In this document: one piece after another, positions 1 to 13,330 of the stretch | How the letters are laid out: every line of letters begins with the position of its first letter | How positions within the stretch are numbered: the stretch's first letter is position 1 | Source: the human T2T-CHM13v2.0 reference genome, Homo sapiens | DNA length: 64,000 bases | Direction: 5' to 3' (one strand) | NCBI RefSeq assembly: GCF_009914755.1 | Contig: NC_060931.1 | The notes under the pieces: generated by a model | Database searches by the model: none | What the model was told of the DNA's origin: nothing | Seen by the model: the letters and a program-made list of their open reading frames with translations, nothing else | Position numbers and translations under genes: made by a program

Positions 1-1291
1 CTTCCTGTAACTGTGTGTACAACCTCATGTGAATTATGTACATATTTCCATGGTGCTTCTCATTTTCTCAAGGAAACTATACTCCACAAAAGATGAAGAA
101 CTACTGCCATAGAATATCAGTGCTGTCTTGGGACATTTGAAGGTCACAGTCATGCAAATGCAACCAAGATCCCTGGCAGGAAGCATTTCAAGCTATCAGG
201 AAAGCCCCACTGATCCAAATAGCAGTTTTGCAAGTAACAGTAATTTCATGAAGTTACACATACAAGGCATGGGTGTGTAACCACTTCCCCCAATGACAGT
301 GGGTAGTAGTAGCTGTGGGTAGCAGTGCTCATGTATTTAAATCAGATCTAGTCGTCTCTGACAAATGCCAAGCATGCTCTTAACTCTCTTAAGTAATAAA
401 CTTCCCCGGCTCAAGTAAAAGTCAGCCTTTTCTGCAGGGAATAGCCACACCTTTCCTTCTCATTCTTGTAGCCCATTCTCCTCCTCCCTGCTATTTTCTG
501 CAGCAGGGAGGGAGTAGACCAGTTCCAACCTCGGTGGTGCAGATCAACTGTTACTCTGTAAAGTGAAGGCATGACTCAGTGACATCATGCTGATTTATTG
601 AAGAAAACTACAAAATCTCTGGTCTCAAAGACATTTAGCAGAATGACAGGAAATTATCTTAGGTAGTTCTGTGGTTGAAGAGGAGTTCAATTAGATGACC
701 CCATAAAAGTCTTTCAAATTTAATTAACTTAGTAATCATTTAAAATTATCACCACATCCTATGTAAAATTTTGAGGGTTTTTTTTTTCCAGCAAAAGTGT
801 TTTCAAAAAGTTTATCTTATTGAATTACTTGGCTGTTTATTTCACAAGTACTTTATTTTGTTTTTCCATGCCTGGAATGACTACATTTTCTTAAGATGAC
901 TACAAATGTTATGCCAGTGACATTTGTAGGTGGAATCAAAACAGTGTTAATTAGTTGTATTGAAGAGTTCCCTGACTTTAGCCTGTTTGTCAGTAACAAA
1001 GACACAGTATATTTTCCTTAGCTCTCATGAGTAACTAGTCCTTCAAGGATCAACATATTACCTTAAAACACCTCTGCTTTGAACCAAAGGAATACATTAG
1101 TAACAGAGATTCTGTGTGGGAACATTTTTACTGAGAGAATTGGTAGTTAATGAACATGTTTATCTTTTTTCTGTTGGAAAATGTTTTTATCCAGTCCCAA
1201 AATGGTGCCCATAAGCTTTATATTAATTAATTTTTATTAATCAGTTGAAGTTTATGCATTTTCAAGAAGGTGCATTTAAATATCAAATGTT

Positions 1292-3203
1292 GGCCTGGTG
1301 CAGTGGCTCATGCGTGTAATCCCAGTGTCACAGGATCCTTAGGGTGTCACTTCACCAGCCAGAAACCTCTGTGGCCAGCAGCACCTTCTGCCTGAATATT
1401 GCTCATGCCTGCTGGGCTTGGTCTGCCCACTCCGCCTGGTAGGCTGTGCTCAGCTTGCGCTGCTGACCCAGATCCCACACCTGCCAAGGGCCAGCCAGGT
1501 GCAGAGTGGTGAGGGGTGTGTGGACAAGCAAGCACAGGGTCCAGCCTCTGCACGCAGCCAGGCACATCAGCTGCTGTAGTGGAGCAGGCAGCTCCAGGCC
1601 CTGGCACAGGTGCTGGCTCCATGCAAGGCTGCAGCTGGACCATATGTAAGGCACGTGGCTTATGCTGCAGGCACCCGCGTCTGGAGGAGGGGAAGGCATT
1701 GGCACCCAAAAGGTTGGAGACACCAGGAACTTCAAAGAGGGCGTGACAGCCCTGGCTCAGGGAGGCCCTAGGTCTGGGATCCCCAAAGGGCCGCAGCTCT
1801 TCTCTCCTCTTAGTCACCCATAAAGTGGCAAGTTGTGGCGGGGTGCTGTTTCAGCCCTGTTTGTCTTACAGCTCTTCTCCCCTTCTCCTTGTCTCTCGCA
1901 AGTAGCAAAGAGCAGGGAGGGGAGCATGTCTCAGCCCTGTTGGTGTTACAGCTCTTTTTGTCCTGCCATTCGGCAGATCCTGAGTTCTTGTCCTGTGCCC
2001 AGGAAGAATTAGGTACTTGGACAACTGGAGGGCGAGCAAGGGAGAGTGGAGCTTTATTGAGCAGCAGAACAGTTCTTGGGAGAGGAGACCTGCGGTGGGT
2101 ATCTCCTTCCCACAAGAAGATCATCCCGACGAGTGGAGGACACCCGAAGAGAAAAGCTCCTTCCCACAACTGGCAGTCCCAACTTCTGTGTGAATCTGGC
2201 TGAGTCCGGGGTTTTCATGGACTCAGATGGAGGAAGTGCATGCTGATCGGTCTATGGGCGACGATGGGCAGGCCCAGAAAAAGCACCGTTAAGTTCTCAC
2301 TCCTGGCTGTGGACTCCACCACCCGGAACTTACAGCCTGGCTCCCAGGCTTCAGCTGTCCCTGGCTTGAAGGTGAGGCTTCACCAGCGACCTGCCCCTTT
2401 CCACCCAGGAGCCTGTCTTCCATCATCATGTTGTCCTCCACGCCCTGGCTGCTTGGGCAGAGGGGTGCCTGAAGGCCCTCAGTGAGCCGTCCTCAGCTGC
2501 CCGGCAGCCTGCCTTCCTGAACTCACTGGTGCCCAAAGCTTCAGAGGGGGGCCGAGGCGGCGGGGGTGCTGGTGTGTCAGTGCTGCCCGGAGCGCACACA
2601 CACCTGGCCAGGTTGCGACAGTGCCTGAGCAAGCTCAGCTTCAACCTTGCTCCAATTGGAGCGGGTGCCAGGAGCAGAAGAGGCCAGGCAGTGGGAATAA
2701 GCACTTCCAAGCCTGTGCGGGGAGGGGGTTTCCCGGCCCTGAGAACACAGGGATGCCTGGATCCGCAGCCACGGCTGGGCTGCTGTGCTGTGCCTGGGAC
2801 CACCGGGCGTCCTGTCAACTCGGAAGGGGGTGGGGCTCCTGTTGGTTCCACAGAGTGTGCAGCCCTGGTCACACCAACCCCACTGCAGCTGGCGTCCCTG
2901 CAGTGGCTGCTCCAGACAGGCTGCCACTGCCATCACCAGCACTTTGGGAGGCCAAGGCTGGCAGATCGCTTGAGCCAAGGAGTTTGATACCAGCCTGGGC
3001 ACCATGGCAAAACCCCATCTCTTTAAAAAAAAAATGTTTGAAAAAATTAGCTGGGCGTGGTGGTGCCTGCCTGTAATCCCAGCTACTCGGGAAACTGAGG
3101 TGGGAGGATCACCTGAGCCAGGAGGTTGAGGTTGCAGTAAGCTGTGATTACTCCACTGCACTCCAGCCTGGGTGACAGAGTAAGACCCTGTCTCTAAATA
3201 AAT
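1292..3203 (+). mobile_element. AluJ-type SINE split by a MER52 LTR (Alu parts 1292-1325 and 2936-3203)
   Basis: Starts GGCCTGGTGCAGTGGCTCATGCGTGTAATCCCAG and resumes CACTTTGGGAGGCC at 2940. J-type right arm (GGAGGATCACCTGAGCC...GAGTAAGACCCTGTCTC). TSD AA(A/G)TATCAAATGTT at 1278-1291 and 3204-3217. Confidence 0.93.
1326..2935 (-). mobile_element. MER52-family (ERV1) solo LTR, ~1.6 kb
   Basis: TG...CA termini (TGTCACAGGATCC / GCCATCA) and 4-bp TSD CCAG at 1322-1325 and 2936-2939. GC-rich body matches the recalled MER52 consensus. AATAAA on the minus strand at 2053-2058. Confidence 0.88.
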
Positions 3204-4511
3204 AAGTATCAAATGTTAGTAAACTTTCTATTAAAACCACCAGTGTTAATGGAGATGAGTGAAAGATTAATTTAGGATGGTAGGTGGAGTTAGGAAAGGG
3301 GAGTTATTTCTCTACCATTTTGTGCCCTGATACTTGGAAGGAAACAGACCTTCATCTTGCTGTGTCATCTGTGGATATATAGACACAACCAACAATGTTG
3401 TGAAGCAGGAGGGAGATGAAGGGAGAAAAGAGAATGCAAAAGAAAGCAAAGAGGGGACTGGTGCAGATATAGAATTACACCAAATGGACTGCAGTTGGAA
3501 CTCATGTGTGAAACTGTAGAGAAAAAGGGCAGGGATACGTAGGAATTCTTCAAAAACCCCCTTTGAACTCTTTCTTAAATCCATGCCCACTGGGGGTGTG
3601 GATGAATGATTCCTCTCTTTTCAACACAAGGAATGGTGAATTGGGGTCCAAGCAGAGCCCCCTAATCTCACAATGGGTTGTATAAACTGAAAAGATACTT
3701 GGGAAAATGTTATTTTTCCAATATCTGTCTTCAGGTGCTCTCCTTTTAATTCCTCCAGGTACTCATTTCAGTTCAGGGCTTACCTTTTTCCACTCCATCA
3801 TCACAGGATAATATCCCATCAGAATTCAGGCAATGCCTCATTTCCAGTTACCCCCCAACTAACTTTTCTCTAAAAATTCACCTGTTCTCCTTATGCCATT
3901 AAGCTCCTGCTTTCTGCTTGACTGAGAGTAGATGTTGTCATTATGCCTTTAAGTTTGAGAAAACAATCGGATCAAATGTCAAGTTGCTCTTAAGCAAGAT
4001 TTTACTAATCAGGCAAAAAGTGGTCATTTCTAGAAATCACCCAGAAAGAAAATACAACATGTGGAGATTCAAAGCTTGGGGTTGTATTCTAAGGTAAGTC
4101 TCTAAATAGCTCAAAAGCATGAACAGACTCCTCCTTTCTCCTGAAGTTGGTGAACTCTGCTCCCAGGGAAGTCTGTTTCCCAGCCCTACCGATGCTTCCA
4201 GGGGAATCTGCAGACCTGTTCCTCTAGCCAGCCCACTGTGTCTGGTTTAGAATCTTTAGTTAGGATGCTTGATTGCAGATCTTTAGCTTCAGATTTGTCA
4301 CTTTTTTGCCTCCCATTGTGGACAGGATGTTTCATTTACTTTATCCTTGGCCCCAGCTGCCCAGTCATCCAGTTAAACAGCCAACTTTTTCTCCTGACCC
4401 CAGATCCTAGGACCCTAATTCATTGAGAAGCAGTATTACACAGCTAGGCATTTTTTTACCCTTCAAATTATGTCAAGTAGGGAAGGGTCAATAGATATGG
4501 AGAAGAAAACA

Positions 4512-4720
4512 ATACTGACTGCTTACTAGGTGCCACGTATTTTGCAGGGATCATTTCAGAATCCTTACAACACCATGAAGCAGTTATTATATCCTCATAT
4601 TGAACATGAGAAAACTAAGACTTAGTTAAATAACTTATCAAATTTACACAAATATGAAGTAGCAGAGCTGGGACTCAAACCCAGATCTATCTGATTTCAA
4701 AATATTTGCCATCTGTAATA
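4512..4720 (-). mobile_element. MIR SINE
   Basis: Antisense MIR core ATGAGAAAACTAAGACTTAG...GCAGAGCTGGGACTCAAACCCAGATCTATCTGA. Confidence 0.75.
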
Positions 4721-4804
4721 CACTAACCATAGTCTCACAGAAGGCACCAGCCTACCTACTTGACTGGATCCACCTGTGAGGACCAATGGGTATGCCATTG
4801 TTAT

Positions 4805-5240
4805 TTGATTAATGAAATCCATTCCTCATTCAAGAGACACCTGATACACGCTTTAGGCATAGAATGTATAAAAGATACAAAGAACAAAATAATAATTGAC
4901 CCTTATCTTAAAATTCTCTCAGTCTACAGGAAAGACAGTTAAATAAGTAATCATAATATGGAGGAATATTGTGAGGGTTGTTGATAAAAAATGATAAGGG
5001 GCTGGGGACATAGCTAAGGGAGGATTTATTCTGGGAGTTAGGAGAGATGTGTTCAAGGAACATTTTTTTTTCTTTTTTTTTTTTTTAAAGCGGGAGACTT
5101 TTGATCCAGACACAATGTTTAAGTAAGGATCTTCCAGGAAAATATGATGGGCCAAGGGTTCCGGTTGGAAGAAACTTACGAGCAAAGATACAGAGATAAG
5201 CAAGTTTCTGGAATGTTCTGGAACCTGTGAATTATCTGAT
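4805..5240 (-). mobile_element. L2 fragment (degraded 3' region)
   Basis: Weak match to the antisense L2 3' end (CATTCCTCATTCAA...TAGGCATAGAA...GATACAAAGAACAAAA). Confidence 0.4.
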
Positions 5241-8055
5241 GTAGTTAGTAAAGTGCTTCTTGGGTGTCTGGCTCCAAATACCCATAGGAGTAGAGTATAA
5301 AAGTTTTATGTAACATTTGGGGTGAGGATGGAAATTACCTTACCAAAGCAGAATTTCAAGTTTTTTGCTTTTTTAAAAAAATTGGTTTCTGGCATTCTAT
5401 TCCAAACTATACATGTATTTGTTTATAAACAATGTTTTTAATTTACTCACTATGTGAATTATTTACCTTTTCTTGAGGAATATTTGAAACCCCAGGATGA
5501 TGTACCAAGTTCATCCAGGGGCTTTGTGTATGCCCTGGTGACTTTACAAACCACTACCTCAGAGTTCATGCCATTCTGTCTCATTTGAGAAGGATGGAGC
5601 TCAAATACATGTGTATGGTTAAGTCATATCTAGCGACGAGGCTGAAAACGGAAGCTGGGTTCAGTTTGTGAAGTGTTCAGATCAATGAGATAATGGGATC
5701 ATGCACATGTTTTTATAAATGTATCAAAAAATCTTTTCATGTAATATATGTTCTGAGACACAATCTAATTGTTCACAGCAGTTGGTTATATCAATAAAAA
5801 AGCAGGTTATTTGATAAACATTTTCCCAGTGAAGAGCGGACTGTCTTTTATCCTCCAGTCATTAATTTCCCCCTGCCCACACTTATCTCTTTGTTGCTTG
5901 TACACATGCAGCCACATTCAATTCAGGGATGCAAAATCACTCCTTGACCCACGCCCTTAATGTAATTGTCCAGCCTAATGATGGGCAGGTATAAAAGATG
6001 ATCAAGTTCACTTTGAAAACACAGAAGTGCTGGATGGTTTGTAAAAGGAAAGAGATAAATATAAATCTGACTTTCAGCCTGCCAATTTTAGTACAGTAAA
6101 TTCTATGAAAAAATTTAATGCTACCAAACTCATTCATATTTGGTGAGTTTGGTTCAGATTTTCTTTCCCCTCACCTTGGACTACTTGAGCTCCTGTCATC
6201 AAGGCTGGCCTCACCCCTGGGTCACTGGGAAGGCCCTCTTCCCCCTCTCCCACCTTCAGTGATGCCTGAAATACTTTAAGTAGGAGACCAGTCAATCAAT
6301 TTTGCCTCCACAATATGAGTAACACCTAGCACTAAATTCATACAAAGAGATGAAAACTGAAATCAGACATTTCCTAAGGCAGCGAGTATGGGTCGATAGG
6401 AAGGAGGAGAACACACAGGGGTGCTCAAGGCCAGAAGGGATACCAGCTGGACCCTGTCTCAGAGAAAGCAAAAAAAATGGTGAACAACAAAGCCAAATGT
6501 CAGTTTTACCCAAGGCTTGCGTTAATGAACCTTCACTACCTACTTGATGACCCCATGATGGAAAACATGCTTCTTCTGTCGGCAGTTTGTGCTGTGAAAG
6601 GCTAAAGACATTAAAATTGTAATTAAATACAAATTTATAAAAATTCTAAGACAAAGGTTTTATTCTGATTCTCTGCAATTCAATTCAGACCATCACCAAC
6701 AAATCAGTTATAAATACCTACAAAAATCCTTAAGCTTGGTCCAAAACAATGAAAAGTCTCATCAACAAGAAACATAAAGTAATGAGAACTGAAATAAAAA
6801 TCATTTTCAGAATGCAAGTGGATATGATGAGACTACATGTCACAGGCCCCACAATTCAAATAATCTTGGGTGTTCTCTAAGATCATTAAAAATCACTATG
6901 AAGAAAGGACATGTGATTATCATGTTTGTACAAATAAGGGTAAAAGGTTAGTATGATGATTCTCGTACAGGAGTAATTTGGATGTGGGAAGATATTAGTA
7001 ACTATAAATAAAATCATTAAGAAATCAAAAGTGCTTAGTAAAGGTATTTTCAAATCTTCAAGGAAAGACAATTTTAAGTTTTATAAAGTAAAGTGACATT
7101 ACTCTGTCCATGGATGTTCATCTGTATTCTAAAGGCCATAACTGACCCTAGGAAAGAAAATTCTACCAAGATGTAGTAAGGACACTTGTGAGAAGCTAAA
7201 TCAATTACAAAACCAATGGCCTATCTGAATGCATCACTAACGTGCATGGTCTTGCCCTTGAACTTGTTGGAGTGCTATTTGCTACACTGTACATTACTAG
7301 AGGAAATAATCAATAGTCGTATCAGTTTATGACAGGCCCAGCAATTGAATATCTGGAGTTTTCCTGAGACATTAAAATTGGGCATCCTAGATCCCATGTA
7401 TATGACTGAGGCATCATTTCTGAATTCTGATTTCAATTGGCAAGTGGTCCCACATTGTCACCACTTCTTTCACATCTTTCCTTCTAGTATATTCTAGGAA
7501 GGACAGCCTTCCTTGATGCCCATACTTTGAGCTGTCTCTGCACTGATGCTGTGTGTTTTCAATTTTTTTCTGTTCTATCAAGCAAGGGTGGACTTAGAGA
7601 AAGAATAAAGCACTGCACAGAGCCTCTAGACTATGTGTTAGTTGCAAAATGAAGAAGGCAGTAGAAGAGGAGGAGAGTCATCTTCCATATTCTCTTTTGG
7701 GACACTGAATATAGGTGAAATTCTAGATAAATGGAAGAGTCTTACTAAAATAAATCCACAAACTCATAGACTAGAACTAAGCTTATCCTGTTAAATATTT
7801 TATATGATATAGCTCTTAGCCCTGCACTTTCTGACTTTAAAATGTGGTAGAAAATACTAGGAAAGACTTGGATGAATATGTTTCATGGTGGCCAGGTTAG
7901 AACCATAGGCACAAGATAGTTACAGAGAATGAACTGTTGAATGTAAGCAAATCTTTCACTTACAGGGGGTTTGCCACTTTAAACCAGTGCTCCTGCCAAT
8001 ATTTTTAGTGGAAACTTCCTAAATGTGTTAAAATTATTCTAGCCATAATTAAACC

Positions 8056-8158
8056 TTTTTTATTGATACATAATAGTTGTACATATTTATGAATATATAT
8101 GATATTTTGCTACATGCATATAATGTATAATTATCAAATCAGGGTAATTGTGATATTT
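8056..8158 (-). mobile_element. L1MA-type 3' end fragment
   Basis: TTTTTTATTGATACATAATAGTTGTACATATTTATG...CAAATCAGGGTAATTG is the antisense L1MA 3' terminus. Confidence 0.8.
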
Positions 8159-8420
8159 TCAATGACACAGAAGACATATTTGCTCAGTAGTCTGTAGAAT
8201 ATCCTTTGGTGTTATTGAGTTATAATGGTTACCTACCCTTAAACTCAATGACCCCTTGCTTTTTTTTGAGATGCTGTATCTATTATTTCTTTTTCCTGCA
8301 TGGTCAAGCCCAATCAGGATGAGCTGACAACACTTATGTCTTCTGGCCCTATCCTCCTGAAATACATGAATTCTAATCTGCATGGGTTGAGAAACCAGGT
8401 TCTCCAACTAGTGAAACTGA

Positions 8421-8562
8421 TTTTTTTTTCTTTTTTCTTTTTTGTAGAGATGAGGTCTTGCTATGTGACCGAGGCTTGTCTCTAACTCCTAGGCTCTAGT
8501 GATCCTCACACCTCAGCCTCCTAAAATGTAGCAATTACAGGCATGAGCCACTGTGCCCAGCC
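8421..8562 (-). mobile_element. Free left Alu monomer (FLAM_C-like)
   Basis: Poly-T, then GTAGAGATGAGGTCTTGCTATG...ATTACAGGCATGAGCCACTGTGCCCAGCC; a single monomer only. Confidence 0.85.
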
Positions 8563-9644
8563 TGGGATTGGATTTAAAGTAGGAGTAGAGAGGTGCTAAA
8601 GTTGAGACATGAAAAAAGTACGTGTACTTTGGGGTTGTAATTAGCTACTTCAGGGTTAATTTCAGATCTGTGTTCATATTCCAGAGATCTGAGCTGTGAA
8701 ATAAGTGATCCTTGGATAAGTGAGGTAATAAAATAGTGAGGTTTTTGCCATAGCTTAGATAAAGCATTCCTATTTTGCAAAAATATGTTTCAGGTGTAAA
8801 AGATACCCTGTTTTGTTTTATAACAATGATCTGCTGAGAATGATTACCAAACACAGAAATCTCATGAGTTTACAAGACTTGTTCTCCTACAGAGGCCAAG
8901 CCTGTCTAGGAATATAATAGTTCTTTTAGTCTTTCAGATGCCTGGAGCAATTAAAGGAAAACACTATGTTTGAATTTGCTAATGCTGTTTATTTCCCTGA
9001 TGTTGTCATTTCATCATGGTTACTGGAAGGGGTCACCAACACATTTTTAGAAATTGAAAAGCAATGTTTAGTCTTAGTGAAAGAAGATGACCAAATGTCT
9101 GATAGTATCTCTGAGGTTAACAAGATGGGATGATGCCCAGTTTCAGGCCACAAAACAAGACAGAGGAATGAATATTATATGTCATTTCTAATGGGATAAG
9201 ACCCTGAGAACAGTCCATTTTCCAGTTTGGTGTTCATTATAAACAGGGATTTCAACTTGCTAGACTTACACACATCTGAGTACTTGTACACACAAGCCCA
9301 AAGACACAGACTATGTAACACTACCAAAACATCGGCATGTAAATTTGTGTAATTGGTTTAAAAGCCATTGCCGGGAAAAAAATGTTTGTATTGCTAGGTA
9401 ATAGTTCAGAGCTACTGTGGATTCTAATTTTTAAAATATCCACGCAAACACAAGGAAATAGAATGAAACTGTATTTTAGGAGAACAGTATTATTTATTAG
9501 GTAACTAAAATGTATGATATTTTAATCTGTGCAAAACAACTCTGGGTCCTAGAGAGAGGGCAGTCTGCCCACCTTGGTGACATACTTGATCAAGGCTTCT
9601 ATGCCACTGGCTTCCTGAGACTTCCTTTTATTTAACACAGTCAT

Positions 9645-9845
9645 ACAGCAGTTACTATGTACACCACAGATTAAGCCCTTTACAAGTATTAATTCATTTT
9701 ATTCTCATAACAATCCTAGGGAATATGCAATAGTAGTACCCCCATGTACTAGGGAGGTCAACTGAAGCACCGAGAAATAACTTGCTTCTTATGGGTTTTG
9801 AAGCCAGCAATCTGGCTGCAGACTCTGCCCTTGATTACTAATGTA
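9645..9845 (-). mobile_element. MIR SINE
   Basis: ATTAATTCATTTTATTCTCATAACAATCCTAGG...AACTGAAGCAC...TAACTTGC pattern. Confidence 0.65.
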
Positions 9846-10719
9846 TGTTACCTCATCAATCTGCATTCACGTGGGACCTGGGACTAAGCTACTGTTGCCA
9901 AACACCCACTATGCCAGCCCAGCTGGGTCACCGGGGGTGTCAGGGTCAAATGCATGCTATACTCAGGCCAACTCTCCACATGACAGACAAGGTAGGTTCT
10001 GGCTCTGGGTCCAGTCTTCAGTCCATACTCCTTCCCTTTCATCACAAAAGCCTCTTTTGTCATTCTTTTAGGTTGAGAGAGGATGAAGCACATCAGAAAG
10101 CACTCATTTCCTTTCTTACCAATGAATTGCATATGGATTCCTCTAAATCCATCATAAAATACTGAATAATGTGGAAACTCAAAATAGGAGTGGTGGTCTC
10201 AACTCATTTGCTCCTTAAGGTCCCTTTGTTGCTATGCAAACCTTTTCCCAGCAACCAGTGTTGTATAAAAGGGGTATTAAGAAGGACATTATTTCTCTAG
10301 CTATAAAATCTGTGGTATTATACCTTTCCCCAAAGCAATGCATAACAACTTGCCTGTCATTTTTTTTTAGTTTAGAAAGGTTACTCAAGTGATGCTTCTA
10401 TCTTAGATGGAGCATTAACTGGCAAATTATATGTCAGTTTCAATTGATCAATCAACCAATTATACAAATTTAAAATCTGCTTAACCAGATAACTCTTGCC
10501 ACCCCAAAATATGAAAAATTCAACAGGAAAATATTCTAGTTAATCTCAGAATTCTTTTCAATTCCCACAGCCATTCATTCCTGAGCCATCAGAGAGCAAA
10601 TTCACTCTGTTTAAGTCTTCACTGTTAAGTTATATCAATCTCTTCTTATCAACATGGCTATCATTTACTAATCCTTAGAGGATTGTTTTAGGAGGATAAA
10701 ATAACAAAAATAACAAATT

Positions 10720-10900
10720 TTATTTGGGACATTTTGATTTTGAAGAGTTTGTAAGACATCCATGAGGAACAGCTCTAAGGCATTTGGAAATGCTGGTCTT
10801 AAACTCACAAAATGAGGTAGCTTAGGGACATACTTTAGAGTTTTGAATCATTTTCTTATATTTAAGTTTAAAAGTTCATTGGAAAAAAGGTGATTTGTCT
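10720..10900 (-). mobile_element. L2 fragment
   Basis: TTGGGACATTTTGATTTTGAAGAGTTTGTAAGACATCCA...TTGGAAATGCTGGTCT resembles antisense L2 ORF2. Confidence 0.45.
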
Positions 10901-12214
10901 CTAGATTGTGAGGGTGTTAGGTATTAACTGCAAGAAACTTGTAATTTATAAGCAAGGGACATGAGGCATTCTCTTGCCCTCAAGGAGTCTGACTGTATGC
11001 ATACTTTAGAAAGACATCTTGTGGTGTTCAACAGATGTAAACATGAGGCTATAGTAAAGTCTGAAAAGAGGTGATGAAGTCTAGAACCAGAACCATAGAA
11101 ATGGAGATCCACACACAGGAGAGTTAAGAACCAAGAGAGAAATGAAATGTCATTCATAATAAAATGGAAATAATCTTCTGGTTTTTATAAGAGAAAGAGT
11201 TGCTGTTTAGTTTACTCTGGAGAGGCAAAAGAAAGAAATCTGGGCAACATAGAATGCTGGACTGAATTTGAAGAAATAGGGATTTTTATGAGCACGGGTA
11301 TGTCTAATGTTTACTTTTAAGTGGTTTGTGTTGCTGTGATATTACTGTGGTAAATTTCAGGTTTGTGACTATTTATTTTGTTTGTTTTTGTGGCAATAAG
11401 GAAAACAGTCTGGATTTGACATACAAAGGTCTACATGGTATATCAATAATAACCCATAAATCAAATTGAATTGGGAAAATCAAAGCTCTGTCTGCACACG
11501 GTTTAGGGTTTGAGCCAGTTTCATTCTGCATCTCAAAAGATAGGTTTCCATGGAGTACCTGGGTTACTTGAGTTCTGGAATAGCAGAACTATATGCGCTC
11601 TTGGCTTGGGTAAGAAGGAGAAGAAATACGTATTCTCTCACAGCCTCATGGAGTTCTACAGCTAAGCTTGCCAAGCTCAGTACATAAACACCAGCTAGAG
11701 AAATGTAAACCTGACACTAACCCTTAACTCTGTAACAAAACACAAATTTAAACATCCAAACACTGGCTGCTCTCAGTTCCATGAGAAACCATTGTTTTCT
11801 CCCACCAGTCCTCAGGCAGCAGAACAGCAAATGCTAAGGTACCAGGTGATCCCAGCCAGATGCAGTATTTACCCAGGAGGGATACAGAGGCAAATAACAC
11901 ATAGTCCCAATCCCTGTGAAGCACATGGTCTACTAACAAGGGCAGCTATTTCCCCAGTGAATTAAAGAGCAGTACAATGGTGAAGATATGAGCTGAATCA
12001 CACAAAACACCCTAGAGGAAGAAACAACTGACTCTTTGGAGGGTCACTAAGTTTCCCTTTACAGCATTCCCCACCCCAAAGACTTCGTCTTTCACCTAGT
12101 GCATTCAAGAGATGAAGGTTTTGACTCCTGAAATTTCAGACATCAAACCTCTGTAAAGAGGGATATTTTTCCAGAAGATTCACATATATTAAGGCCAGTA
12201 TTGCCGTGGAGTAA

Positions 12215-12390
12215 AAAGGGAATGCAGCATTCTGCTAGCTGCTTTAGATGCATTACCTTATGTAATCCTTCTATCAACTGTATGAAGATGGTATTATTAT
12301 TGCTACCTCAAAAATCAGGAAAGAATACTCAGAATTCAAACCCTTATCTACCTGATTCCAAAGCTCTCACTTTTCCCACTAAGCCTAACT
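12215..12390 (-). mobile_element. MIR SINE (internally deleted)
   Basis: GCTTTAGATGCATTACCTTATGTAATCCTT...GAATTCAAACCCTTATCTACCTGATTCCAAAGC. Confidence 0.6.
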
Positions 12391-12509
12391 TAATCCCCCA
12401 AGGTGGGGTTATGACACATTTCCTCATTGTATAAGACAGTATGTGCATTGTAACGCCGGCCCTAAAATAAACATACGTACATATGCACACAGGCATACAC
12501 ATATATAAG

Positions 12510-13330
12510 GCATCATTGGTTGTTAGGCAAATTCTAATTGAAACCACAATCAGATACCACTACACAGATAGAATGGTAAAGAAAACAAAACAAAAACAAA
12601 AACAGAAAACCTGTTAATACCAAGTGCTGGTGAAGATTTGGAATAACTGGAATGCTCATACCTTGCTGGCGGGAATGCAACAATGGCTCAGCCACACTGG
12701 AAAAGCTTGGCAGTTTATTATGATATTAAACACATAAGTATATAATCCACCAACTCTACTCCTAGGCATTTAACATAAGGTAAATGAAAATATTTGTCCA
12801 TGCAAAGACCCATTATGAATGTTTATAGCAGCTTTCTTTATAACCCCAAACTAGAAATAACCAAAAAACTATCTGCTGATGAGTGAATAAACAACTGTGG
12901 CACATCCATACAATGGGATGATACCCGAAAGTAAAAAGGGAAAAAACTACTCACACATGTACCAACATTGGGGAATCTCAAAAGCATCATGTTAAATGAA
13001 ACAAGCCAGACACAAAAGGCTAAATACTGTATAAATCACTTACATGACTTTCTAGAAAAGTCAAAACTAGGGGACAGAAATCAGATCAGTGCTTGGTGGG
13101 GTTTTGGGTGAGAAAAGGGAATTGGCTACACAGGGACATAAAAAACTTGTTGAAGTGATAGACTTATCTTGGTGGCAGCTATATGACTGCTCATGTTGCT
13201 AAAAACTTGTACTTATGCTATAAATAAAAATGATAGATTTTGGTTTATGTAAGATGTGCATTTTTTAAAAAAGAACTGTACACTTAAAGGAGTGGATTTC
13301 TCCACATGTAAGTTTACCTCAGTAAACACA
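12510..13330 (+). mobile_element. Old L1M (L1MD/ME-like) ORF2 end and 3' UTR
   Basis: AAACCACAATCAGATACCACTACAC, TACCAAGTGCTGGTGAAGAT, GCTGGCGGGAATGCAA, CTCCTAGGCATTTA and AAGCCAGACACAAAAGGC. Confidence 0.85.

Noticed and set aside
1347-3212. Overlapping 110-211 aa ORFs on both strands
   Set aside because: They lie in the GC-rich MER52 LTR and the Alu, where stop codons are scarce, and show no gag/pol/env or cellular protein features.
6123-6153. Hairpin ACCAAACTCA-N11-TGAGTTTGGT
   Set aside because: A 10-bp stem with a free spacer is expected by chance in 64 kb and is too short for a pre-miRNA.
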